Source: Candidatus Aenigmatarchaeota archaeon (GTDB lineage Archaea > Aenigmatarchaeota > Aenigmatarchaeia > GW2011-AR5). Taken from it: a stretch of 64,000 nucleotides of DNA. This document shows, one piece after another, positions 7,515 to 17,283 of the stretch. Under the pieces are notes generated by a model. That model was given only the letters and a program-made list of their open reading frames with translations, did not search any database and was not told the DNA's origin. The stretch is from NCBI GenBank assembly GCA_016187335.1, contig JACPJW010000001.1:256001-320000 (forward strand). Reading direction: 5' to 3'. Made by a program: the position numbers and the translations under genes. Every line of letters starts with the position of its first letter. The first letter of the stretch is position 1.

Positions 7515-8339
7515 ATGGACGGGGAAAAAAGCGCCGCGCAGAAGGTGGCTCCGCAGCTTATCCGCGACGTATTCGGTGTGGGCACTTCTTGTCCCGGATG
7601 CGGCGAGCAGCTCGGCCTTAAGATTGCTTTGCAGGCCTTGGGCAGGTGCATTTTAGTGAACAGCAACGGCTCCGTGTCGCTGCTGGCAAAATACCCCAGG
7701 ACTTCTTTTAACGTGCCCTTCGTGAACTGCGGCATGAACGCAGCGGCAGCTGCTTCTGCCATTGCCCGGGCGCAGAACAGGCCGGAAGTGAAAAATCCTG
7801 AAAAAGTCGTCGTTTACGCAGGCGATGCCGCGACGTCAATGCATCTCGGAGACGTCATTGCCGCGGCGGACCGTGGAGACAATGTTATCTACATCTGCTA
7901 CAACAACAAGGGGTCCGGCTCTGTTAACCACGCCAGCAGGGTGGAAAAAAGCATAACGAAAAGCGTTGCATTAAGCTGCGCTTATGCAGCAACAGCTTCC
8001 ATGGCGTTCCCTGACGATTATGCGGCAAAGCTGGCGAAGTCGGCAGCAATGAGCGGATTCAAGTTCATTGAGGTGCTTACGCCGTGCCCTGTTTCCTGGT
8101 CTTTTGACCCCTCAATAACCGTTGAAGTCGCCCGCCTCGCGGTAGAAACCGGCGTGTGGCCTGTTTTTGAAGTGGAAAATAAAAAAGTTTCGCTGACAAG
8201 AAGGCCTCTGAGGCTGGAGCCTGTGGAAAAATACATTTCTTTGCAGAAAAGGTTTTCCTTCAGTGAGGAGGAAATGACAGCAGTGCAGGAAGCCGTGAAG
8301 AAAAACTACAGGATGCTTTCCGAGGGAAAACTTGCCTGA
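7515..8339 (+). CDS. 2-oxoacid:ferredoxin oxidoreductase beta subunit (degenerate)
   Basis: SCPGCG, AGDAA (canonical GDGG), TPCPVSW and ARLAVETGVWP. Confidence 0.85.
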   Translation: MDGEKSAAQKVAPQLIRDVFGVGTSCPGCGEQLGLKIALQALGRCILVNSNGSVSLLAKYPRTSFNVPFVNCGMNAAAAASAIARAQNRPEVKNPEKVVVYAGDAATSMHLGDVIAAADRGDNVIYICYNNKGSGSVNHASRVEKSITKSVALSCAYAATASMAFPDDYAAKLAKSAAMSGFKFIEVLTPCPVSWSFDPSITVEVARLAVETGVWPVFEVENKKVSLTRRPLRLEPVEKYISLQKRFSFSEEEMTAVQEAVKKNYRMLSEGKLA

Positions 8340-8720
8340 AATGCGCGGGCCCTTGGATATTCTTTCCTCTTGCCGGAATTTTTGCCAAGAATAAAATCAA
8401 AACCAGAAACAGGGCATAATTGGTTAAAATTATAAAAAATAAAAAATAAATTACTCAGATTTTCTTATTTCCTTCTTTTCTTCTTTGCCATTTTCAATCA
8501 CCTAATTATTTTCTTGATATATGTTATTTGTTGACCTTATTTAAATAATTTGCGCAATTTTTCTGTGAAAACAGCGAAAATTTTCTTTTTTCACCCGTTT
8601 GGAGAAAGCAAACCGCCTGTTCGTTCTGTTTTGCAAACACAATCCACCTTCCAGAGAAGTGCTTCGTAAGAAAATACTCGTGGCAAAAAAGTATTTATAC
8701 CGATGAAATAAATTAAATCT

Positions 8721-9125
8721 ATGCGACAAAAAGGTATAACTCCCGTCATAGCGATAATCCTCCTTCTGCTGATAACAATATCTATGGTAGGCTTCGCTTT
8801 TGTATGGTTCACGCGCGTGTCCCAGATATCTTCGGAGAGGACGGAATCGCAGCTCACGGAGCAGCTTACGCAGCAGGAAAAGAAGATAAGGATTGACAAT
8901 GCAAAAAGCAATACGGTGACGCTGCGAAACATCGGGACGAAGGATGTCGCTTCCTCGGAGCTGGGATTTTTCGTTGACGACGCTCAGGCTTCACTTACAT
9001 CAGGATGCGCGACGCTGACCGTGGGCGAAGTCGAGACGTGCACCATAAGCGTCTCGTGCGTAGCCGGAACCGGCAAGATAAAGGTAACTGCCCCGGGCAA
9101 CCAGGACGTCGTGATATGCAAGTAG
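8721..9125 (+). CDS. Archaeal type IV pilin-like protein (class III signal peptide)
   Basis: MRQK-G|ITPVIAIILLLLITISMVGFAFVWF: prepilin peptidase site followed by a hydrophobic helix. Confidence 0.85.
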   Translation: MRQKGITPVIAIILLLLITISMVGFAFVWFTRVSQISSERTESQLTEQLTQQEKKIRIDNAKSNTVTLRNIGTKDVASSELGFFVDDAQASLTSGCATLTVGEVETCTISVSCVAGTGKIKVTAPGNQDVVICK

Positions 9126-9243
9126 AAGGCAAAACAAACTCCAGAAAATTTGCTAAAGCAGCAGCCTGTTCTTTCTTTTATCGGTATTTGTTTGTTGTTT
9201 GAGCATGAAAGAAAACGGGGCTTCCTTTCTCGCTTTGGTTCTT

Positions 9244-10395
9244 TTACAGCCCTGCTTCCTTCCTCAGAACATCAGCTAGATCCGTCTTTTCCCATGTGAA
9301 ATCAGCGTCATTCCGTCCGAAGTGCCCGTAGCACGACGTTTTCCCGTATACCGGCCTTCGCAGCTTCAGGTACTCTATTATCTTTGCGGGCCTCATGTCA
9401 AAGTGCCTGCCTATCAGCTCTAAGATCTTCTCTTCGGGGATTTTTGCCGTCCCGAAAGTGTTGATGTTGACGGAAACGGGCTTCGCGACGCCTATTGCGT
9501 AAGCAAGCTGCACCTCGCATTTTTCAGCGATTCCGGCGGCTACTATGTTTTTCGCTATGTGCCTTGCCATGTACGAAGCCGAGCGGTCAACCTTTGTCGG
9601 ATCCTTTCCGCTGAAAGCGCCGCCGCCGCTTCCGCCCATGCCGCCGTAGGTGTCAACAACCGTCTTTCTTCCCGTGAGCCCGGAATCCGCAACAGGGCCT
9701 CCGAGAACGAAGCGTCCTGTCTCGTTTATGAAGAATTTTGTTTCGCTGTCTATCCAGGCTCCGCACACGGGCTTTATCACTTTCTCGATTATTTCCTTTC
9801 TTATGTCCTCGCTGCTCACTTCAGGATCGTGCTGGACTGCGATGACAACTGTTTCTATCCTTCTTGGCTTGCCGTTCTCGTATTCCACGGTCACCTGCGA
9901 CTTGCCGTCGGGCCTTATCCATTTTATCTCGCCGCCCTTGCGCGCTTCGGCCATCCTCTGCGTCAGCTTGTGTGCGTACGTTATCGGGAACGGCATCATC
10001 TCCGGCGTCTCGCTGCATGCAAAGCCGAACATCATTCCCTGGTCGCCTGCTCCCTGCTCGTGCTCAGCTGTAGCTGTCACGCCCTGCGATATGTCCGGTG
10101 ATTGCTCATGCAGGGATACAAGAACGGTGCAGTTGTCAACGTTGAAAAGGTATTCCGGCTTGTTGTACCCGATTTCCCTGATTACCTTTCTTACGGTTCC
10201 CTGGACATCAACGTAGCCTTTGGTCGTGACCTCGCCGGCAACGACAATAAGGCTCAGCGTTGTCAGGACTTCCACGGCAACCCGGGAATTTGGGTCCTGC
10301 CTTATCAGGTCATCCAGCAGCGTGTCCGCTATCTGGTCGGCTATTTTGTCGGGATGACCTTCGGTGACCGATTCAGAAGTGAAGAGTCTTTTCAT
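9244..10395 (-). CDS. metK: S-adenosylmethionine synthetase (bacterial/eukaryotic type)
   Basis: [17 protein letters not shown] and GGGAFSGKD signature motifs. Confidence 0.95.
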   Translation of the reverse strand: MKRLFTSESVTEGHPDKIADQIADTLLDDLIRQDPNSRVAVEVLTTLSLIVVAGEVTTKGYVDVQGTVRKVIREIGYNKPEYLFNVDNCTVLVSLHEQSPDISQGVTATAEHEQGAGDQGMMFGFACSETPEMMPFPITYAHKLTQRMAEARKGGEIKWIRPDGKSQVTVEYENGKPRRIETVVIAVQHDPEVSSEDIRKEIIEKVIKPVCGAWIDSETKFFINETGRFVLGGPVADSGLTGRKTVVDTYGGMGGSGGGAFSGKDPTKVDRSASYMARHIAKNIVAAGIAEKCEVQLAYAIGVAKPVSVNINTFGTAKIPEEKILELIGRHFDMRPAKIIEYLKLRRPVYGKTSCYGHFGRNDADFTWEKTDLADVLRKEAGL

Positions 10396-10498
10396 AAAAT
10401 CATCTCATGTATTTCCTGCTCTAATTTCTTAAACGTATAAATCGCAAAAGCTTTAATACCGAATTATTTCTTCCTTCATTATTCCAGTAAGAATAAAA

Positions 10499-11353
10499 CT
10501 AGCAGTCCGGCTGAGGCGTTCCTGCTGACCAGTCAGCAGCGATGTCGCTGTCGTTTAGAGCTTTTCTTGCCAGCGATTTCCCCTGCTTTGCTGCTAGGTC
10601 CCATGCCGGATAAGCATCGTTTGCGCCTTTCTCCCACGCCACGAAATCAATTTCATTGCCGCTGCCATCTTTTAATGTCAGCTGGTCTCCGTCGTTATTG
10701 AGCGTCCTAGAAAAACCGCTGACATGCGGAGCGCAGTTGAAAGACTGCTGGAATGCCGTGGCGTTCTTCGCTATAACCAAGTAAGATTTTCTGCTGATCG
10801 TTATGTCGCTGAATTTCCACGTCCGGCTGTTGTCGCTTATAGTCCATCCAGCAAGGGAAATGTCCGCGCCGGAGGGATTGTACAGTTCCAGCCACTCGTC
10901 CTTCTCGCCGCTCGTGCTTGTATCATACATGATTTCCGAGAAGATAACGTGGTTAAGTTCATGCCCGGAGCATGACGGTGTGCATGCTTCGCAATTTCCG
11001 TTGATGCAGGTGTTATTGCAGCTTGCTATGTAGGAATCCGGGCACGTTATGCTCGTGACGCCGCAGTTCCTGCCTGCGCATAAATCTGCAGCAACCCACG
11101 TTCTGTTTTCTGTCGCCGGACTTATATCTGCCTCGTTCGTTTCTTCCGGTTTTGTTTCATTAATGCTCTCGTTAATGCTTTGGTTTCCTTCCGTTATGCT
11201 TTGGTCCGTAAAATTGATTGCCGCAGTGCCCTGATTATCATTCGAAACGTTCTTGCCTGGAAAATCCTCTGCTGATGCGCTTTCCTTTGCAATATACCCC
11301 GTGCATCCGTTTGCGTAAACGACAAGAAGGAGAAGGACAATCCATTTGCCCAT
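10499..11353 (-). CDS. Secreted lamin-tail domain (LTD) protein with a Cys-rich linker
   Basis: N-terminal signal peptide; VIFSEIMYD...EWLELYN...LAGWTISD...LNNDGDQLTLKD LTD pattern. Confidence 0.8.
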   Translation of the reverse strand: MGKWIVLLLLVVYANGCTGYIAKESASAEDFPGKNVSNDNQGTAAINFTDQSITEGNQSINESINETKPEETNEADISPATENRTWVAADLCAGRNCGVTSITCPDSYIASCNNTCINGNCEACTPSCSGHELNHVIFSEIMYDTSTSGEKDEWLELYNPSGADISLAGWTISDNSRTWKFSDITISRKSYLVIAKNATAFQQSFNCAPHVSGFSRTLNNDGDQLTLKDGSGNEIDFVAWEKGANDAYPAWDLAAKQGKSLARKALNDSDIAADWSAGTPQPDC

Positions 11354-11403
11354 TATGAATTTTTGGTCGCATGTCTTAAATAATTTGAAACATTCTCATT
11401 ATC

Positions 11404-12099
11404 ATGTTCGTGACGAATGAAAGGGCAATGGTGCTGGGAAACAAGCTTGTAATCGCTGATATTCATCTGGGCATCACGCTGGAGATATACAAATCAGGCG
11501 TTTCGCTGCCGAGCCAGGTCAGGCCGATGCTGGACAGGATACACAAGCTAAAGAATCTCACAAAGTCAAAGGAACTGGTGCTTTTGGGCGATGTCAAGCA
11601 CAACATACCAAACATAACTTTCCAGGAGTTGAGGGAAATCCCGCTTTTCCTGTCGCTGCTTGATTTTGACAAAATAACAATAGTCAAGGGCAATCACGAC
11701 GGAAAAATAGAGTCTTTGATTTCGGAACAGGTACGCGAGAAGGTCCGGGTAAGGAAGTCCATGGTCATTGGTGATTACATTCTTACGCATGGTCACCGTT
11801 CTGTAAAGACGAACAAAAAAATAATAATAGGCCATAACCATCCTAACGTGAAATTTGTTGACGCAATAGGCAACACTTATGCGGAGCCTGCATGGATAAA
11901 AAGCATGATAGGAAAGCAAAGAGTAATTATAATGCCTGCTTTCAACGAATTATCAGGAAGCATGATCGTGAACGACGCAAGGTCCAGCAGCAAAGGCTAC
12001 AAGCCGTTTTTAGGACCGGTAGCAAAAAGGATGAACAGAAACAGAACAAAGGTATTTCTCCTTGACAGCACCGACCTCGGGTTTTTAAATGACTTGTAG
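11404..12099 (+). CDS. Metallophosphoesterase (Lhr-associated MPE family)
   Basis: ADIHLG, LGDVKH, KGNHD, THGH, GHNHP and MPAFN calcineurin-like motifs. Confidence 0.85.
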   Translation: MFVTNERAMVLGNKLVIADIHLGITLEIYKSGVSLPSQVRPMLDRIHKLKNLTKSKELVLLGDVKHNIPNITFQELREIPLFLSLLDFDKITIVKGNHDGKIESLISEQVREKVRVRKSMVIGDYILTHGHRSVKTNKKIIIGHNHPNVKFVDAIGNTYAEPAWIKSMIGKQRVIIMPAFNELSGSMIVNDARSSSKGYKPFLGPVAKRMNRNRTKVFLLDSTDLGFLNDL

Positions 12100-12116
12100 G
12101 CTGCGAAGGTGTTTAC

Positions 12117-14903
12117 ATGGTATTCAAGCTGTTTTCAGAAAAACTGCAGTCCCTGATAAAGCAGAAGGGCTTTTTAGAGCCCACGTTGCCGCAGGTGCTG
12201 GGCGTGCCCGATATTATTTCCGGAAAGAATGTCCTGATAATCGCGCCCACGGGTTCGGGGAAAACAGAAACGACTTGCCTGCCCCTTTTTGACAAGATAT
12301 ACAGGGAGCAGTCAAAGCCCATAACAATGCTTTACGTGAATCCGCTGCGCTCGCTGTCCCGCGATTTGCTGGACCGCCTTGTATGGTGGGCTGACAAGCT
12401 GGACCTGGGCATAGCGGTGCGCCACGGAGACGTGTCGGCAAAAGAGCGGACGATACAAAGGGAAGCGCCGCCGCACATACTGATAACGACGCCGGAAACT
12501 TTGGGCGCAATCCTAACAGGGAAGATAATGCGCGAGCACCTGAAGAACGTCAAGTATGTCGTTGTCGACGAAATCCACGAGCTCGTAGAAAGCAAGCGCG
12601 GCGTGCAGCTTTCGCTGATTCTGGAAAGGCTGCGGGACATTGCGGGAGATTTCCAGAGAATAGGCCTGTCCGCAACCGTGGGCAATCCCCAGACAGTCGC
12701 TGACTTTCTCGGCAGCGATGTAAAGATCATCCGGGCGGAGATGACGAAAAAATACATCATAAAAGTTGAGAGCCCGAAGGCGGGGCTGAAGGACAGGGCA
12801 ATAGCCGACGACCTCGCAATAGGCGCCGAGACAACGGCTCGCCTGAGAAGCCTTCATGAAAAGATACAGAGCCACAATAGCGTTCTTGTTTTTACGAACA
12901 CCCGCGAGACCGCAGAAGTTCTTTCCTCGCGCCTGCGTTCCCTGGACCGCAGCCTGAAGCATGACGTCCACCACGGGTCTTTGTCAAAGGAAAGAAGGAT
13001 ACGCAGTGAGCAATTATTCAAGTCGCAGCAGCTGAAATCCCTGATATCTACCAGCAGCCTGGAGCTTGGCATAGACATCGGCTCCATAGACCTTGTCGTG
13101 CAATACCTTTCCCCGAGGCAGGTGACAAAGCTAATACAGCGCGTGGGCCGTTCCGGGCACAATGTCGGCCAGACAAGCAAAGGCGTCATCCTGTCCGGTG
13201 ACGAGGATGTTTTTGAATCATCAGTCATCGCAAACAGGGCGATGAAAAAGCAGCTGGAAGAGCCGCGCATCCATGAGAAAGCCCTGGACGTCCTGGCGAA
13301 CCAGATTGTGGGCATCACCATGGACAGCAACGACGCGAGCGAGGAAAAAATTTATGCGCTGGTCACAAGGGCGTATCCGTACAGGTCCCTGAGCAGAAAA
13401 GAGTTTGACGATTTCATGAAATTTCTCGAGTCGCTTCACCTTTTCTGGATTAACCGCGGCGTCACTTCATATACAATCCGCAGGAAGAAGCGGTCCTTTG
13501 ACTATTTTTTTGAAAACCTGTCGATGATACCTGACACGCGCCAGTACAGGGTCATTTCCATAATAGAAGGCGAGCCCATCGGCAACTTGGACGAGGCTTT
13601 CGTCGCAGAGCACGGCCATACCGGCGAGAAATTCATCTGCAGCGGCCGCGCGTGGAGGGTCATTCAGGTGGAAGACAGGAAAGTCACCGTTGAGCCTGTT
13701 GATGACATAGAATCGGCAGTCCCGGCGTGGGAAGGCGAGCTCATTCCGGTGCCTTTTGATGTTGCGCAGGATGTCGGCCGCCTGAGGAAATATATTGCAG
13801 ACAGCATGGAAAAGGGCGCTGCAAAGAATCTGCGGGCGGAATACAAAGTCGATGAGAACACGGCTGAAACGATGGTCAGTGTTGTAAGAAAGCAGAAAGA
13901 AACCCACGTCGTCCCGGATGACAAAAAGTGGCTGATGGAAAGCTACAGGGACTTCGTCATCATTCACAGCTGCTGCGGCTCGAAGGTCAACGACACCATA
14001 GGCCGCTACCTCGCAGCAGTTATTACAGAAAAAAGCGGCGTGTCCGTCAACATGAAGAACGACCCATACCGCATCATACTGCAAACAATGTACAAGCCGG
14101 AAAAAATAGAGGCCCTGCTGAAAAGCGGCGGTGAAATAGAAGAGCTTCTGAAGGAAAGCATCTCGCGCTCGTCGATGTTCAAGTGGCGCTTTCTGCACAA
14201 CGCGAAAAGGTTCGGCATCGTGTCAAAAAAAGTGGATTACGAAAGAATAAACATGAAAAAAATCATGGAGCAGTATGAAAACACCCCTGTCCACGAAGAA
14301 ACGATGCGCGAGGTGTTCCTGGAAAAGATGGACGTGAAAAAAGCGGGAGAAATTCTTTCAGCAGTTTCAGAAGGCAAAATCAAAATAATAACGCAGCCCG
14401 GGCTGAGTTATCTGGGATCTTTAGGCCTTACCCACCAGTTCGCCGAGGTCATGAAGCCGCTCATGCCGGAGCAGGAAATATTGCGGGCTTTCAGGAAAAG
14501 GTTGCTCAATACAAGCGTGCGCCTGGTATGCGTAAACTGCGGGGAATACATGAACATAAAGCCCGTGAAAGCCGTGGACGACCAGCCGGAGTGCCCGAAA
14601 TGCGGCTCAAGGCTTATCGCAGCAGTGAGAAGAAGCTTCCGCTCCGCTCCGGATATTGTGAAGAAAAGGATAAAGAAAAAGAAGATGAATGACGAGGAAA
14701 CGAAGGAATTTCTCGGCATAAGGAGGTCGGCGGACCTGGTCATGGTTTACGGCAAAAAAGCCGTCGTCGCCCTGGCCGGGCGCGGCGTAGGCCCGCAGAC
14801 GGCTGCGAGGATTCTGGCGATGCTGCCCGAAAAAAAGAAGCTGTTTGCGGAAATCCTGAAAGCCGAGAAGGAATTCGCAAGGACAAAGAAGTTCTGGAAG
14901 TAG
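12117..14903 (+). CDS. lhr: Lhr-family ATP-dependent SF2 helicase
   Basis: APTGSGKT, DEIHE, GLSAT, HHGSLS, LELGIDIG, QRVGRSGH and a C-terminal CxxC..CxxC Zn ribbon. Confidence 0.9.
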   Translation: MVFKLFSEKLQSLIKQKGFLEPTLPQVLGVPDIISGKNVLIIAPTGSGKTETTCLPLFDKIYREQSKPITMLYVNPLRSLSRDLLDRLVWWADKLDLGIAVRHGDVSAKERTIQREAPPHILITTPETLGAILTGKIMREHLKNVKYVVVDEIHELVESKRGVQLSLILERLRDIAGDFQRIGLSATVGNPQTVADFLGSDVKIIRAEMTKKYIIKVESPKAGLKDRAIADDLAIGAETTARLRSLHEKIQSHNSVLVFTNTRETAEVLSSRLRSLDRSLKHDVHHGSLSKERRIRSEQLFKSQQLKSLISTSSLELGIDIGSIDLVVQYLSPRQVTKLIQRVGRSGHNVGQTSKGVILSGDEDVFESSVIANRAMKKQLEEPRIHEKALDVLANQIVGITMDSNDASEEKIYALVTRAYPYRSLSRKEFDDFMKFLESLHLFWINRGVTSYTIRRKKRSFDYFFENLSMIPDTRQYRVISIIEGEPIGNLDEAFVAEHGHTGEKFICSGRAWRVIQVEDRKVTVEPVDDIESAVPAWEGELIPVPFDVAQDVGRLRKYIADSMEKGAAKNLRAEYKVDENTAETMVSVVRKQKETHVVPDDKKWLMESYRDFVIIHSCCGSKVNDTIGRYLAAVITEKSGVSVNMKNDPYRIILQTMYKPEKIEALLKSGGEIEELLKESISRSSMFKWRFLHNAKRFGIVSKKVDYERINMKKIMEQYENTPVHEETMREVFLEKMDVKKAGEILSAVSEGKIKIITQPGLSYLGSLGLTHQFAEVMKPLMPEQEILRAFRKRLLNTSVRLVCVNCGEYMNIKPVKAVDDQPECPKCGSRLIAAVRRSFRSAPDIVKKRIKKKKMNDEETKEFLGIRRSADLVMVYGKKAVVALAGRGVGPQTAARILAMLPEKKKLFAEILKAEKEFARTKKFWK

Positions 14904-14934
14904 CTATTTAATTCCTTCTTCGGAAATTATATTT

Positions 14935-17283
14935 ATGCGCTTCTGCCTTTTGGACGCTGACTACGACGGAACAGAAATAAAAATGTTCGGCGTGGACGAG
15001 CATGGAAAGTCCGTGCTCGTCGTTGACGAATACGGACCCTACATTTACGTTGACGCCAAAAACAAATCAGCCATAAAAGAAAAGTTGAAGAAAAGCAGGC
15101 TTGTGCTGAAGATAGAAGAAGTGAAGAGAAAAATCGGCTTGGAAGAAAAACTGCTGCTGAAGGTTTTTGTCGACCTGCCGCAGAATTTGTCGAGGGTTCG
15201 TGATTTGATAAAGCACAATCCCGCCGTCGCTGACGTTTTTGAGTATACCATACCCTTTTACAAGCGCTATCTTATAGACAAGAAAATCTACCCTTTCTCC
15301 TGGATTGACGTCGACGGAGAGGAAATAAAGGAAAAAAGCGGGTACAGCCATGCCGTAAAATCCAATAAACTTTCCGTCCTTGATAAAAAAACACTGCCGA
15401 AGATGCGCGTTCTTGCCTTTGACACGGAAGTGGTTGACAAGGAAATAATAATGATTTCTTTGGTTTCCGGAAGCTACAGGAAAATACTGACGTACAAAAA
15501 ATGCAGCGCTGCGCATTGCGAAGTCCTGAAAAGCGAGAAGGAAATGCTGCAGCGCTTTATTGAGCTTGTTAATGAACAGGATCCGGACGTCGTTGTCGGC
15601 TTCAATTCCGACGAGTTTGACTTCCAAGTGATCAGGGAGCGCTGCGACTTCCACAAAATAGAAGCAAAAATAAACCGCGACGGCTCCTCGCTGCGCACAG
15701 TGCGCCGCGCCCACATATCCGCCGCGAAGCTGCGCGGCCGTCTGCATATTGACCTGTTTAATTTTGTCGAAAACATTTTAGCGCCGCAGATGCAGCTTGA
15801 GGCAATAACGTTGTCGGAGGTATCAGAAGAACTATTGGGAGAAAGCAAGCTTGAGATTTCCTTTGAAGAAATCCTAGATGCCTGGAAGAAAGGAAAAATA
15901 GATTACCTGGCTGAGTATTGCCTGAAAGACTCCTTGCTCACTTACAGGCTTGCGGAGATGATGCTCCCGCAGATTACGGAAATTTCAAGGGTTTCCGGCC
16001 AGCTTCCATTTGATACTTCCCGGCTCACCTACGGGCTCCTGGTGGAATGGTTCTTTGTCAGAAGGGCATCAGAAAAAGGAATCATATCGCCCAACCAGCC
16101 GCACTGGGACGAAATCCAGCGGCGCCGGCTTCAGCGGCCTTACAAAGGCGGCTACGTGATGGAACCAAAGCTGGGTTTGCATGATAACATAGCCGTGTTT
16201 GACTTCCGGTCCCTCTACCCGAGCATCATCGTAACATTCAACATCTCGCCTGAGACGCTGAACTGCTCCTGCTGCAGGAAAAACGGCCACAAAGTCCCGG
16301 GCATGAAATATCATTTCTGCAGGAAGCACCACGGCTTCGTTTCTGATGTGGTCAAGGAAATAATCGAAGAGCGGGTGAAAATAAAAAATGAATTGAAAAA
16401 GCACAGGGAGAACAGCGAGGAATTCAAGCAATTAAATGAACAGCAATACGCCGTGAAGATTCTGGCCAACGCATCCTACGGCATTCTTGGCTTCGCCGGC
16501 GCGCGCTGGTACTGCCGCGAATGCGCTGAAAGCAGCTCGGCCTTCGGCAGGCATTACATAAAGCAGACCATGGACAAGGCAAAAAAAAGCTTTGAATTGC
16601 TTTACGGCGACACTGACTCGCTCATGGTTTCTTTCAGGAATGAAAAAGACGTTGAGCAATTCCGGGAAAAGACAAACAAGGAACTGCCCGGCATCATGGA
16701 ACTGGAGCTGCAAGGATTGTATTTAAGAGGCATTTTCGTCCCCCAGAAGCTCGGCACATACGTGGCAAAGAAAAGATATGCCCTCATCGACAAAAAAGGC
16801 GTTGTCACAGTCCGCGGCTTTGAAGCCGTTCGCAGGGACTGGTGCGACCTCGCGAAGAACCTGCAGCACGAAGTGTTGCGGCTTGTCTTGAAAGGAAAGG
16901 AAAAGGAAGCTGCCAGCAAGGTCAGGGGAGTGATAAGAAAAGTAAAATCCCGCAAGGTATCTCTTTCTGACCTGGCAATACGCACCATGCTTGGAAAGGA
17001 GCTTGAGGAATACAAGGCGACCGGGCCGCACACAGCTGTCGCAAAGAAGCTGGAGAAAGAAGGCCATGTCGTCAGGCAAGGCATGGTTCTTTCTTACGTT
17101 ATCACAAAAAGGAAAGGCTCCGTATCAGAGAAAGCCGAAAGCATAGAAAAGGTTTCTCTGAAAGACTACGACGTTGATTATTACGTGAACAAGCAGATTC
17201 TTTCGGTCGCCCTGCGCGTCCTGCAGGTCCTGGGTTACAAGGAATCCGATTTCATGAACGGCCTGAAGAAGTTTGCGAAGTAG
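14935..17283 (+). CDS. polB: Family B DNA polymerase (PolB3-like)
   Basis: Exonuclease motifs FDTE, FNSDEFD and YCLKD; polymerase motifs DFRSLYPS, KILANASYG and YGDTDS. Confidence 0.95.
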   Translation: MRFCLLDADYDGTEIKMFGVDEHGKSVLVVDEYGPYIYVDAKNKSAIKEKLKKSRLVLKIEEVKRKIGLEEKLLLKVFVDLPQNLSRVRDLIKHNPAVADVFEYTIPFYKRYLIDKKIYPFSWIDVDGEEIKEKSGYSHAVKSNKLSVLDKKTLPKMRVLAFDTEVVDKEIIMISLVSGSYRKILTYKKCSAAHCEVLKSEKEMLQRFIELVNEQDPDVVVGFNSDEFDFQVIRERCDFHKIEAKINRDGSSLRTVRRAHISAAKLRGRLHIDLFNFVENILAPQMQLEAITLSEVSEELLGESKLEISFEEILDAWKKGKIDYLAEYCLKDSLLTYRLAEMMLPQITEISRVSGQLPFDTSRLTYGLLVEWFFVRRASEKGIISPNQPHWDEIQRRRLQRPYKGGYVMEPKLGLHDNIAVFDFRSLYPSIIVTFNISPETLNCSCCRKNGHKVPGMKYHFCRKHHGFVSDVVKEIIEERVKIKNELKKHRENSEEFKQLNEQQYAVKILANASYGILGFAGARWYCRECAESSSAFGRHYIKQTMDKAKKSFELLYGDTDSLMVSFRNEKDVEQFREKTNKELPGIMELELQGLYLRGIFVPQKLGTYVAKKRYALIDKKGVVTVRGFEAVRRDWCDLAKNLQHEVLRLVLKGKEKEAASKVRGVIRKVKSRKVSLSDLAIRTMLGKELEEYKATGPHTAVAKKLEKEGHVVRQGMVLSYVITKRKGSVSEKAESIEKVSLKDYDVDYYVNKQILSVALRVLQVLGYKESDFMNGLKKFAK

